NCBI GenBank assembly: GCA_964653745.1
Contig: CAZZHC010000002.1
Location: 1 to 38,777, forward strand
Direction: 5' to 3'
DNA: 38,777 nt
From: an uncultured Gammaproteobacteria bacterium
GTDB lineage: Bacteria; Patescibacteriota; Microgenomatia; Daviesbacterales; UBA10151
Part shown: positions 25,209 through 34,574 of the stretch, in pieces
How positions within the stretch are numbered: position 1 is the first letter of the stretch
How the letters are laid out: the number at the start of each line of letters is the position of its first letter
The notes under the pieces: model-generated
The model's database searches: none
The model's input: the letters and a program-made list of their open reading frames with translations, nothing else
What the model was told of the DNA's origin: nothing
Program-made: the position numbers and the translations under genes

Positions 25209-27254
25209 ATGGATCAAAAATTTGTACTTCATCTTGACCAAGTAGGCATTGACGATGTAGGAGAAGTGGGAGGTAAAAATGCTTCTTTGGGAGAAATGAT
25301 TCAACATCTTGAACCCAAAGGGGTGAGTATTCCGGGTGGGTATGCGGTGACAGCTACTGCATACCGCCATTTTTTAACCAGTACAGGGTTGGTTGATTTT
25401 ATCAAAAAAACTTTAGAGGATCTAAACTCCAGTAATTTAACAAATCTTGCGTCACAGGCTGAAAAAATTAGGGAACAGATCAAAAAAACTGATTTTCCTA
25501 AAGAGTTGAAAGAGGCAATTGTTAAAGCTCATCGAGAGGCTGAACAAAAATACGGTAAAATGGGAGATTTTGCAGTTCGTTCTTCAGCCACAGCCGAGGA
25601 TTTACCTGATGCTTCTTTTGCCGGTGAACATGAAACTTTTTTAAATATTTCCGGGTCGGATAATATTTTAAAAGCAGTCCGTGCTTCTATGGCCTCACTT
25701 TTTACCGACCGCGCTATTTCTTACCGAGTGGATAAAGGATTTGACCATTTGAAAATTGCCCTCTCTGTTGGGGTGCAAAAAATGGTCAGATCCGACAAAG
25801 CCTCATCGGGCGTGATGTTTACACTGGATACTGAAACCGGTTTTCCTAATGTGGTGGTAATTCAGGGTTGTTGGGGTTTAGGAGAACTGATTGTTCAGGG
25901 GGAGGTAACTCCGGATGAATTCTTGGTTTTTAAAAAGACTTTGGATAAATTTAAGCCAATTATTAGTAAAAACCTGGGAGTTAAAAATCAAAAAATGGTT
26001 TATTCTGACAAAACTCCTACCAAAATTGTAGCCACTAGTCAAAAAGAAAGGGAAAACCTGGTTTTATCAGATGAAGAAGTTTTAAAATTAGCCAAGTGGG
26101 CAGTAGAGGTAGAAGATCACTACTGCCAAAAAAGAGGAAAATGGACTCCAATGGATTTAGAGTGGGCCAAAGATGGTCAAACCGGCAAGCTTTTTCTCGT
26201 TCAGGCCAGACCGGAAACAGTCCAATCCACGCGTGATTTTTCCAAAATTAAAGAGTATATCAGACAAGAAGATGGAAAAGAAATTGTCAAAGGGGCCTCG
26301 GTTGGTAATAAGATAGCCTCTGGACTGGCCCGAGTCATCTTGAATCCTGCGGATATAAAATTGTTTAGACAGGGAGAAATTTTGGTAACAGAAATGACTG
26401 ATCCGGACTGGGAACCAATTATGAAAATTGCAGCAGCAATTGTAACTAACAAAGGTGGTCGAACTTCTCACGCTGCCATTGTCTCCCGAGAGCTGGGAAT
26501 TCCTGCAGTGGTGGGGACTGAAGAGGCCACTGATAGAATTAAAACTGGTGAGAAAATCACTGTTGATTGTAGTGGTGCAGAAGGGAAAGTATTATCAGGA
26601 TTTTTGAAATTTAAAGTTGAAGAACATGATGTGGCAAAACTTCAAAAACCCAAAACTCATGTGATGTTAAATATTGCTACTCCGGACACTGCTTTTGAAA
26701 AATCGTTTTTACCCAACGAGGGAGTAGGGTTGGCCAGAGAAGAATTTATTATTGCTTCTGATATTGGTATTCATCCCAGGGCAGTTTTGGCTTATCCAAA
26801 ATTACCAGAAGCTTTAAAGAAAAAAATTGATCAAAGAACTTTTGGTTACTCTGATAAAGTGCAGTTTTATGTTGAGAAATTATCTTATGGTATTGCCAAA
26901 GTGGCAGCGGCTTTTTACCCAAAGAAAGTGATTGTCAGGTTTTCTGATTTTAAAACTAATGAGTATCGAAGTTTAATTGGGGGAGATTTATATGAGCCAG
27001 AAGAAGCAAATCCAATGATTGGCTGGCGAGGTGCCTCTCGTTATTATCATCCTGATTTTGCTGATGCTTTTGTTTTAGAGCTTAAGGCTATTAAAAAAGT
27101 CAGAGAGGAAATGGGGCTTGGTAACGTAGCAGTGATGATTCCAATGTGTAGAACTACCGAAGAAGGGAAAAAAGTTTTAACAATTATGGAAAAACATGGT
27201 TTAATAAGAGATCCCTCGACCCATTCGACTAACGCTCAGGGTCATACTGAGTAA
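25209..27254 (+). CDS. ppsA: phosphoenolpyruvate synthase, N-terminal 681 codons up to an in-frame TAA
   Basis: MDQKFVLHLDQVGIDDVGEVGGKNASLGEMI is the PpsA N-terminus, the phospho-His region is TNKGGRTSHAAIVSRELGIPAVVG, and a PEP-utilizer TIM barrel begins. The ORF stops at TAA 27252-27254 inside a 57-nt insert. Confidence 0.9.
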   Translation: MDQKFVLHLDQVGIDDVGEVGGKNASLGEMIQHLEPKGVSIPGGYAVTATAYRHFLTSTGLVDFIKKTLEDLNSSNLTNLASQAEKIREQIKKTDFPKELKEAIVKAHREAEQKYGKMGDFAVRSSATAEDLPDASFAGEHETFLNISGSDNILKAVRASMASLFTDRAISYRVDKGFDHLKIALSVGVQKMVRSDKASSGVMFTLDTETGFPNVVVIQGCWGLGELIVQGEVTPDEFLVFKKTLDKFKPIISKNLGVKNQKMVYSDKTPTKIVATSQKERENLVLSDEEVLKLAKWAVEVEDHYCQKRGKWTPMDLEWAKDGQTGKLFLVQARPETVQSTRDFSKIKEYIRQEDGKEIVKGASVGNKIASGLARVILNPADIKLFRQGEILVTEMTDPDWEPIMKIAAAIVTNKGGRTSHAAIVSRELGIPAVVGTEEATDRIKTGEKITVDCSGAEGKVLSGFLKFKVEEHDVAKLQKPKTHVMLNIATPDTAFEKSFLPNEGVGLAREEFIIASDIGIHPRAVLAYPKLPEALKKKIDQRTFGYSDKVQFYVEKLSYGIAKVAAAFYPKKVIVRFSDFKTNEYRSLIGGDLYEPEEANPMIGWRGASRYYHPDFADAFVLELKAIKKVREEMGLGNVAVMIPMCRTTEEGKKVLTIMEKHGLIRDPSTHSTNAQGHTE

Positions 27255-27275
27255 AGCCGAAGTACGACAAGCTCG
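27219..27275 (+). other. 57-nt in-frame insertion within ppsA carrying a hairpin and a TAA stop
   Basis: Bounded by TCG at 27216-27218 and 27273-27275. Removing it restores [17 protein letters not shown], which is colinear with my recollection of E. coli PpsA LKRGENGLKIIMMCEIP. The hairpin ctcag-ggtcata-ctgag lies at 27235-27251 and abuts the TAA. Confidence 0.75.
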
Positions 27276-27290
27276 GGACTAAAGGTTTAT

Positions 27291-27650
27291 GTGATGTGTG
27301 AAATCCCGGCCAATATTATTTTGGCAGATGAATTTTTAGAAATTTTTGATGGGATGAGTATTGGCAGTAATGACCTGACCCAGTTGACTCTTGGGATTGA
27401 CCGTGACGGCAATGAAACAATCAGGGGTATTAGCAATGAGAAAGATGAGGCAGTGAAAACTTTGATTAGTGAAGTGATCAAAAAATGCAAAGCCAGGGGA
27501 AAATATATCGGTATTTGTGGACAAGCTCCATCAGATTATCCAGATTTTGCCCAGTTTTTAGTTAAAGAGGGGATTGAAAGTATTTCCTTAAACCCTGATA
27601 GTGTGATAAAAACTACTTTGGCAATCCTTGAGGCGGAGAAGAGTCGGTGA
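27291..27650 (+). CDS. ppsA: phosphoenolpyruvate synthase, C-terminal portion (same frame as the N-terminal part)
   Basis: [41 protein letters not shown]...GICGQAPSD contains the catalytic Cys loop and the end of the barrel. Homology already begins at GLKVY (27276). Confidence 0.9.
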   Translation: MMCEIPANIILADEFLEIFDGMSIGSNDLTQLTLGIDRDGNETIRGISNEKDEAVKTLISEVIKKCKARGKYIGICGQAPSDYPDFAQFLVKEGIESISLNPDSVIKTTLAILEAEKSR

Positions 27651-28822
27651 AAATTTCTGATATTAATTTAAAAATTATTCCTGATTCAAGAGGCAATGAT
27701 ACATTAGAAGTAGAGTTGGAATCTGCTGGAATAAAAGTTTCAGCCAGCGTGCCATCTGGTAAAAGCACTGGTAAGGGAGAGGTCGCAGTTTTGCCACCCA
27801 AAGATGCTCTGGAAAAAATTAACTGGATTTTTTCCCAAATTAAAGATCACGATTTTGCAACTTTGGAACAATTTGATCAACTTTTAATTACTTTAGATGG
27901 AACAGATGATAAATCTAGACTGGGTGGAAATTTAATTTTAGTTTTAAGTATTGCTTTTACAAAACTTTTGGCCAAACAGGGTGGGATGGAAGCCTGGCAG
28001 CTGATTAGTAAAATTTCTGGCAATCAAATAGGCAAACCAATTTGTTTTTTTAATTTAATTGAAGGGGGAGTACATGCTCAAAATTCGTTACCTTTTCAGG
28101 AATATTTATTTATCCCCCAAACAAGTTCTGCCAAAGAAAGTTTAGAAGACGTAATGATGGTGATTAAAATATTGGGAGATAAAATCCAGGAAAAATATGG
28201 GCAGTTAAAACAAGGGGATGAGGGTGGTTATATTGTGCCTTCATCTGATCCGAAAGTTGGTTTGGAAATTTTACAAGAAGTACAAAATGAGATGGGTGGT
28301 GAAAATAAACTAGGGCTAGACACCGCAGCATCAACCTTTTTTGAAAATGGTAAATATAAAATTGGAGATAAGGTTATGGGTACTGATAATTTATTTTCTT
28401 ACTACCAACTACTTACTACCAACTACCAACTACTTTCTATAGAAGATCCTTTTGCAGAAGATGATTGGGAAGGCTTTTCAAAAATAACTGACCAGTTGGG
28501 AGAAAAAGTTTGGATTGTGGGGGACGATTTAACAACCACCAATACCAGTAAAATTAAGTTGGCTGGTGAGAAAAAGGCAGTAAATGCTGTGATTATCAAG
28601 CCCAATCAAATTGGTACGGTCTCTGAAACTTTACAGGCAGTAAATTTGGCTAAAAGTTTGGGTTGGAAAATTATTGTGTCCCATCGTTCTGGTGAAACCA
28701 CGGACACTTTTATTGCAGATTTGGCAGTAGGGGTTGGAGCAGATGGATTTAAATCGGGTTGCCCCTTGCAAAAAGAACGATTGGTAAAGTATCAAAGATT
28801 GGTAGAAATAGAAAATGGTTGA
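27647..28822 (+). CDS. eno: enolase (short, divergent, 391 aa)
   Basis: [14 protein letters not shown]...[49 protein letters not shown] and [18 protein letters not shown]. The GTG start overlaps the ppsA stop. Confidence 0.9.
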   Translation: MKISDINLKIIPDSRGNDTLEVELESAGIKVSASVPSGKSTGKGEVAVLPPKDALEKINWIFSQIKDHDFATLEQFDQLLITLDGTDDKSRLGGNLILVLSIAFTKLLAKQGGMEAWQLISKISGNQIGKPICFFNLIEGGVHAQNSLPFQEYLFIPQTSSAKESLEDVMMVIKILGDKIQEKYGQLKQGDEGGYIVPSSDPKVGLEILQEVQNEMGGENKLGLDTAASTFFENGKYKIGDKVMGTDNLFSYYQLLTTNYQLLSIEDPFAEDDWEGFSKITDQLGEKVWIVGDDLTTTNTSKIKLAGEKKAVNAVIIKPNQIGTVSETLQAVNLAKSLGWKIIVSHRSGETTDTFIADLAVGVGADGFKSGCPLQKERLVKYQRLVEIENG

Positions 28823-29459
28823 ACTGGTGGTGATGGTGTCTGATGGAACAAAACTACCTGCTATTTGGCAATACACTCAAAAGCCTAATTCTCGAAGCCG
28901 CCTTGCTTTGATAATTTCTAATAAAGAAAATTCCAAATGTTTTGATTTTGCCAAACAACACAACATCCCAACTTTTCCAATAATTTGGGAAAAAGAAAAA
29001 GGAGAAAGTAGGCAACAGTTTAGTAATAAAGTGGGTAAATTTATTGCATCTCGTGTCGGAAATTATTTAATTATTTCAGCTGGTTGGCCTTATGTTTTAA
29101 CCAAAGAATTTATTCAACAGTTTTTGCCAAATAAAATTATCAATCTTCACCCTGGACTTTTGCCGGATAATCCAAATGATAATGAAATTGTTTTAGGAAA
29201 TGGCGAAAAAATTCCAGCTTTAAAAAATGTTTATAGTATGAAAGCCTTTGAAGAAACACTTAAACGTGGTTTAAAATGGACAGGGGTGACAGTTCATTTT
29301 TTAACAGAAGAAGTGGATAGTGGACCTGTCATTTTAAGACAAGAAGTTCCGGTGCTAAAGAGTGACACTATTCACACTTTGGCTGATAGGGTACACAATG
29401 TGGAAGATGAAATTTTACCACGGGCAATTGATATACTAATAAAGAAGGAAGAGAAATAA
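28815..29459 (+). CDS. formyltransferase-fold protein, PurN-like
   Basis: INLHPGLLP (Asn/His) and VHFLTEEVDSGPVILRQ (Asp) match the GAR-transformylase catalytic motifs. About 15 extra aa lie between them. Confidence 0.7.
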   Translation: MVELVVMVSDGTKLPAIWQYTQKPNSRSRLALIISNKENSKCFDFAKQHNIPTFPIIWEKEKGESRQQFSNKVGKFIASRVGNYLIISAGWPYVLTKEFIQQFLPNKIINLHPGLLPDNPNDNEIVLGNGEKIPALKNVYSMKAFEETLKRGLKWTGVTVHFLTEEVDSGPVILRQEVPVLKSDTIHTLADRVHNVEDEILPRAIDILIKKEEK

Positions 29460-29465
29460 AAAATT

Positions 29466-30092
29466 ATGGCTTATCTTGTACTCGTGCGACATGGAGAATC
29501 AAAATGGAATGCAATTGGAGCCTGGACAGGTTTGATGGACATATCTTTGGACGAAAAAGGTTATGAGGCAGCAAGAAAAGATGCCCTACTTTTAAAAGAT
29601 ATTAAATTTAACACAGCTTATACCTCTAAATTACACCGGGCTATACAAACTCTGGATGAAATTAAAAAAGAATTGGGATGTGATGGTTTACCAGTGGTTG
29701 AAGATGGTGCTTTAAATGAAAGGGATTACGGGGATTTAACTGGTAAAAATAAATGGGAGATAGAAAAAGAATATGGCGAGGATCAATTTTTAAAATGGAG
29801 AAGAGGATGGGATGAAAAAATTCCCAATGGAGAAACTTTAAAAGATGTTTATAGTAGGGTGGTACCATATTACCAGCAACAAATTTTACCTGACCTAAAA
29901 AATGGTAAAAATGTACTGATAGTAGCTCATGGAAATAGTTTGCGGGCTTTGGTTAAATATTTAGAAAATATTACAGATGCCGATATTTCTAATTTAGAAA
30001 TTGCCACCGGGGAAATTTATATTTATCAAATAGATCAAAAGGGAAAAATAACTTCTAAGGAAATTAAAGCCGCCCAAGACTCGCCCTATTAA
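29466..30092 (+). CDS. gpmA: 2,3-bisphosphoglycerate-dependent phosphoglycerate mutase
   Basis: LVLVRHGESKWNAIGAWTGLMDISL..., ERDYGDLTGKNK and VAHGNSLRAL are histidine-phosphatase dPGM motifs. Confidence 0.9.
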   Translation: MAYLVLVRHGESKWNAIGAWTGLMDISLDEKGYEAARKDALLLKDIKFNTAYTSKLHRAIQTLDEIKKELGCDGLPVVEDGALNERDYGDLTGKNKWEIEKEYGEDQFLKWRRGWDEKIPNGETLKDVYSRVVPYYQQQILPDLKNGKNVLIVAHGNSLRALVKYLENITDADISNLEIATGEIYIYQIDQKGKITSKEIKAAQDSPY

Positions 30093-30130
30093 CGCTTGCT
30101 TCAGAGGGGAAAATTAACTAGACTAATACA

Positions 30131-32938
30131 GTGGCTAAAGATTTAACAAACCTCTTCTGTCCAAAATCAGTCGCAGTTATTGGTGCTTCCAGATCCCCCC
30201 AAAAAGTGGGGGCAATTGTGCTTAAAAATATTATTGAATCAAAATTTCCTGGTAAAATTTATCCTGTTAATCCCAATACTGAAACTATTAATAATCTGAC
30301 TTGTTTTAAAAATGTGGATAGTTTACCGGAAGTTGTTGATTTAGTAGTAATAGCTATTCCAGCCGTCCGAGTTTTGGCAGTGTTAAATGAAATTGGGGAA
30401 AAAGGAATTAAAAATGTGGTGGTGTTAGCAGCTGGTTTTAAAGAAAGTGGAGCGGAAGGAGAAAAATTAGAAAAAGATTTGGTTGAAATTTCCCAAAAAT
30501 ATAATTTAAATTTATTGGGGCCAAATTGTTTGGGCTTTGTTAATAATTTGTGTCCAATTAATGTAACATTTGGTCAAGCGTCTGCCAGCATCGGTAACCT
30601 GCGTTTTATTTCTCAATCTGGAGCCATTGCAGCCAGTTTGTTTGATTTTTGTAAATCTTCTGGTTTAGGATTTTCCCAGTTTATCACTTTGGGTAATAAA
30701 GCTGTCACTACCGAAAGTGATGTTTTAGAATATTTTCAAGGTGTTGCGCCCATTGAGTATCAAGAAGGATTATCCAAATCCCAACCAATTGGACTTTATT
30801 TAGAAAATATTTCTGATGGCTTAAAATTTTTAGAAATTGCACAGCAACTTTCGAAAACGGACCCCATCTTTATTTTAAAACCTGGTAAAAGTGAAGCAGG
30901 AGTTAAGGCTATGCACTCTCATACCGGGGCGATGGCTTCTGATAGTGCTGTTTTAGATGCGGTTTTAAATCAAGCCGATATCATCCGTTGCCAAACTTTG
31001 GAAGATTTTTTTGATTTTTCTCGGGCTTTTGCTTTTGAAAATGCACCAACTGGGCCTAAGGTAGCAATTATCTCCAATGCCGGTGGACCAGCGGTAATTT
31101 CAGCCGATGCAATTACCAGCGCTGGTTTAGAGCTTGCTCAATTTGATGACCAAACCCGTCAGGCTTTGGCCCAAATTTTACCAAGGTCGGCCAATATACT
31201 AAATCCAGTTGATGTTTTGGGTGATGCTTTGGCTGACCGTTTTGCCAAATCGGCAGAAATTATCCTGCAGGCAGAGGAGGTTGATGCTTTGGTAGTAATT
31301 TTAACTCCTCAAATCATGACTCAAATTGAGCAGACAGCCAAATATTTAGTAGAGCTGTCTAAAAAATATCAAAAGCCAATTCTTTGTTCTTTTATTGGCG
31401 GAAGTTTGGTGGTAGAGGGAGAGAAAATATTAAGCCAATATAAAATCCCTGTTTTTCGTTTTCCGGAACTGGCCATTAATGCCTTGTCTGCGATGTGGCA
31501 ATTTTATAAAAACCGGTTGCAAGAAGAAAATAATATGGCACAGGTTTCAACTATTGAACTGGATTTAATTAAAGTAAAACAAATTATTGCTGGTGCAAAG
31601 AGCAATAATCAAAAAACATTGGATAATTTGCAGGCCAATAATTTACTTTCATTAGCTGGGATTTTAACACCAGCAACTGCTGTGGTTGAAAGTTCTGATG
31701 TTGCTAGAAATTTTGCTAAGGAACATGGATATCCCGTGGTCTTGAAATTATCATCACCCGGACTTTTACATAAAAAAGAAATAGGGGGAGTGATTATTAA
31801 TATTTTAAATGAAGAGCAACTGCAAAAAGCTTGGGAAAAATTAGAGCAAAAATTGGAAAATGGATTTGAGATCCAAATCCAACAAGATGTAGGAGAGGGG
31901 GTGGAAGCAATTGTGGGGATAAAACATGATCCTAATTTTGGACCAGTTTTACTTTTTGGGGCAGGGGGTTCTTCGGCAGAACTTATCGCTGATAAAAATT
32001 TGCATTTATTACCAATTAATCTCACACAAGCCCAAAAATTAGTTGAACAATCCAAACTTTGTTCGCTTCTTAATTTTGATTTGCAAAAACTTAATGAGAC
32101 AATTGTTAGTTTTGGAAAATTGGCCCAAAATTTAGCAGAGGTAGCAGAGATGGAAATTAATCCTTTAATTATTACTAAAGATAATGTTTGGGCAGTTGAT
32201 GGTAAAGTAATACTCAAGGAAAATCAGGTGGAGCAAGTCGGCGGTCCCAAATTTCAAACAGCCAAGGTTGTAAAACATGTTAATTTGGCCAGTACCTATC
32301 ATTATTTTGAGTTTGAAACAAATGAGCCTTTAATTTTTAAACCAGGTCAATATATCAGTGTTAAAGTGGCTAGTGACCGAGTTAATTGTTACTCAATTGC
32401 TGGTAGTATAAACCCCAATCAATTTAGCTTGCTAATTGATATTTCACCGGGAGGTCCAGGATCACAATTTTTTGAAAAATTAAAAGTGGGCGGGCAAATG
32501 CTATATCTTGGACCATTTGGTATTTTTACTTTGGATATGGAAGATGAAGCTTCAAAATTATTATTTTTGGCAACTGGTAGTGGTTTGGCCCCGTTAAAAT
32601 GCATGATTGAACAAATTTTGTATAAAGAAAAAAGTCAGTTACCAATTGATTTATATCTTGGTTTAACTTCTCCAAAAGATTTATTCTGCGAGGATTATTT
32701 ACAAAATTTAGCCCGGCAATATTCTAACTTTCATTATAAAATAGTGATATGGAAAGGGGATCAATCTTGGCAAGGGGAAAGTGGATTTATTACTACCAGC
32801 CTAGATAAAGATTTAGCCGATGCAAGTGACGGGGCAGCTTATCTTTGTGGCAACCAAGAAATGATTGCCGATGCCACCAAAATACTCCTTGAGAAAAATA
32901 TGCCAAAAGAAAGGATTTACACTGAAAAATATTTTTAG
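30131..32938 (+). CDS. ADP-forming acyl/acetyl-CoA synthetase (fused alpha+beta) with C-terminal FNR-like FAD/NAD(P)-binding reductase domain
   Basis: 935-aa single ORF. It has the CoA-binding motif PKSVAVIGASRSPQKVG, the ligase-CoA motif GPNCLGF and an ATP-grasp domain (HGYPVVLKLSSPGLLHKKEIGGV). From about nt 32245 it has FNR motifs: KPGQYISV, CYSIAGS, LGPFG, FLATGSGLAPL, YLCGNQEM and a terminal aromatic YF. Confidence 0.85.
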   Translation: MAKDLTNLFCPKSVAVIGASRSPQKVGAIVLKNIIESKFPGKIYPVNPNTETINNLTCFKNVDSLPEVVDLVVIAIPAVRVLAVLNEIGEKGIKNVVVLAAGFKESGAEGEKLEKDLVEISQKYNLNLLGPNCLGFVNNLCPINVTFGQASASIGNLRFISQSGAIAASLFDFCKSSGLGFSQFITLGNKAVTTESDVLEYFQGVAPIEYQEGLSKSQPIGLYLENISDGLKFLEIAQQLSKTDPIFILKPGKSEAGVKAMHSHTGAMASDSAVLDAVLNQADIIRCQTLEDFFDFSRAFAFENAPTGPKVAIISNAGGPAVISADAITSAGLELAQFDDQTRQALAQILPRSANILNPVDVLGDALADRFAKSAEIILQAEEVDALVVILTPQIMTQIEQTAKYLVELSKKYQKPILCSFIGGSLVVEGEKILSQYKIPVFRFPELAINALSAMWQFYKNRLQEENNMAQVSTIELDLIKVKQIIAGAKSNNQKTLDNLQANNLLSLAGILTPATAVVESSDVARNFAKEHGYPVVLKLSSPGLLHKKEIGGVIINILNEEQLQKAWEKLEQKLENGFEIQIQQDVGEGVEAIVGIKHDPNFGPVLLFGAGGSSAELIADKNLHLLPINLTQAQKLVEQSKLCSLLNFDLQKLNETIVSFGKLAQNLAEVAEMEINPLIITKDNVWAVDGKVILKENQVEQVGGPKFQTAKVVKHVNLASTYHYFEFETNEPLIFKPGQYISVKVASDRVNCYSIAGSINPNQFSLLIDISPGGPGSQFFEKLKVGGQMLYLGPFGIFTLDMEDEASKLLFLATGSGLAPLKCMIEQILYKEKSQLPIDLYLGLTSPKDLFCEDYLQNLARQYSNFHYKIVIWKGDQSWQGESGFITTSLDKDLADASDGAAYLCGNQEMIADATKILLEKNMPKERIYTEKYF

Positions 32939-34574
32939 TTTAAAAATTGGAGGGGCAGCCGGTCAGGGTGTTAAATCGGCCGGACTCACTTTGGCCAAAA
33001 TTGCTACCAGATCCGGTTATCATATTTATACCTACACAGAGTATCCATCTTTGATTAGAGGTGGACATAATGTAATGCAGATAAATATTTGCCCTGATGA
33101 AGTAATAGCTCCCCAAAGTCAAACTGATTTGTTGATTGCTTTAAATCAAGAGACTATTAATCTTCACTCACCGGAACTGTTGATCGGGGCAGATTTGATT
33201 TTTGATAATGAGGATGGTTTAGATACCTCTGGGGTGGGAAAAGAAATTAATCTCTGCCCGGTACCACTTGTTAAACTGGCTCAAGAAAGTGGCGGTGACA
33301 AGCTTTTTGCTAACACTGTAGCTGTGGGAGCAGCCTTGGCACTACTGGGAGGTAATTTGGATATTTTACAAAAGTTGCTTGAGGAAGAATTTATCAGCAA
33401 AGGTGATGAGGTTATAAAAACAAATCAGAAAGCAGCAGAAAGTGGTTTTGGTTTTGCTACAGAGCATTTTGCTAGCAACATCAAAAAGACTTTGGTGAAG
33501 ATAGACACCACTCTACCTACCATGATTGTTAATGGTAATGAAGCCATCTCTTTGGGGGCTGTGGCTTCCGGTTTACAATTTGCTGCTATTTATCCCATGA
33601 CTCCCATCACCAACATCATCCATACTTTGGCTCCACTGCAGGAAAAATTTGGTTTTGCCTACGTACAACCGGAAGATGAAATTGCTGCTATTAATATGGC
33701 AATTGGAGCCTCTTTTGCCGGAGCGAAAGCCTTAGTTGCTACTTCTGGCGGCGGTTTTTGTTTAATGAGTGAAGGATTGGGCCTGGCTGGAATGACCCAA
33801 ACACCCCTGGTAATAATTTTGGGGATGAGACCCGGTCCTGCCACCGGACTTCCCACTTGGACTGAACAAGGTGATCTACAGTTTGCTTTGCATGCTCATC
33901 AGGGAGATTTTCCCAGGATAGTTCTTGCTGCTGGTGACGCAAAAGAGGCTTTTGATTTAACAAGAAAAGCTTTTGATTTGGCAGAAAAGTATCAAACTCC
34001 GGTGATCGTTTTGGTTGATAAAAATATTTGTGAAAATGATCAAAGTTTTGCGCCATTTGATTATTCTGTTAGTGAAAAAGGGGATTTTCCCAAGGCAGTT
34101 GTCGGTAGTGGCAATTTTTTTATAGCTAATTCTGAAGAACATGATGAAATGGGCTTTTCCAGTGAAGAAGCAGAAAATAGAAATGAGCAGATGATAAAAA
34201 GAATGGCTAAATTAAAAGCTTGTGCCACGTCTGATATGAAACCACCAGAGCTTTTTGGTCCGGAAGATGCAGATCTCACCATTGTTTCTTGGGGTAGTAA
34301 CAAAGGGGCAATTTTACAAGCTATCAAAGAATTTAACAATGTTAATTTTTTATATATTACTTGGATGAGCCCATTTCCGGTTGAGGTGGTAACAAACATT
34401 TTACAAAGAGCTAAACATATTGTTGATATTGAGTCCAATTATACTGGACAGCTGGCAGAAGTGATTAGGGAAAAAACCGGTATTGAAATAGATGATAAAA
34501 TGTTAAAGTTTGATGGCAGACCATTTTACCCAACAGAGATTGTGGGGAAAATTACCAAGGTTTTAAAAAGATAA
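32871..34574 (+). CDS. 2-oxoacid:ferredoxin oxidoreductase, alpha subunit (gamma-alpha fusion, two-subunit KorA type)
   Basis: IGGAAGQGVKSAG...YPSLIRGGHN (gamma domain) is followed by an alpha domain (GNEAISLGAVASG..YPMTPIT). The start is uncertain: ATG 32871 overlaps the upstream gene by 68 nt, and CTG 32922 has the better RBS (aaagga). Confidence 0.85.
   Translation: MPPKYSLRKICQKKGFTLKNIFSLKIGGAAGQGVKSAGLTLAKIATRSGYHIYTYTEYPSLIRGGHNVMQINICPDEVIAPQSQTDLLIALNQETINLHSPELLIGADLIFDNEDGLDTSGVGKEINLCPVPLVKLAQESGGDKLFANTVAVGAALALLGGNLDILQKLLEEEFISKGDEVIKTNQKAAESGFGFATEHFASNIKKTLVKIDTTLPTMIVNGNEAISLGAVASGLQFAAIYPMTPITNIIHTLAPLQEKFGFAYVQPEDEIAAINMAIGASFAGAKALVATSGGGFCLMSEGLGLAGMTQTPLVIILGMRPGPATGLPTWTEQGDLQFALHAHQGDFPRIVLAAGDAKEAFDLTRKAFDLAEKYQTPVIVLVDKNICENDQSFAPFDYSVSEKGDFPKAVVGSGNFFIANSEEHDEMGFSSEEAENRNEQMIKRMAKLKACATSDMKPPELFGPEDADLTIVSWGSNKGAILQAIKEFNNVNFLYITWMSPFPVEVVTNILQRAKHIVDIESNYTGQLAEVIREKTGIEIDDKMLKFDGRPFYPTEIVGKITKVLKR

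Noticed and set aside
27252-27254. Whether the in-frame TAA in ppsA reflects genome-wide stop-codon reassignment.
   Set aside because: TAA, TAG and TGA all terminate well-conserved genes at the expected positions elsewhere in the window: rpsJ with TAA, tuf with TAG and rplW with TGA. The standard code applies.
28401-28436. A micro-repeat, actaccaactactt / actaccaactaccaactactt, inside eno ([13 protein letters not shown]).
   Set aside because: It lies in frame within the conserved segment preceding SIEDP and fits the enolase alignment length. It is probably a small slippage-type duplication with no feature-level meaning.
31609-32217. A 202-aa ORF antisense to the ACD gene, and similar antisense ORFs at 34061-34438 and 33739-34056.
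   Set aside because: They have low-complexity S/C/F-rich translations and lie entirely within strongly supported sense genes. This is a typical shadow-ORF artefact.
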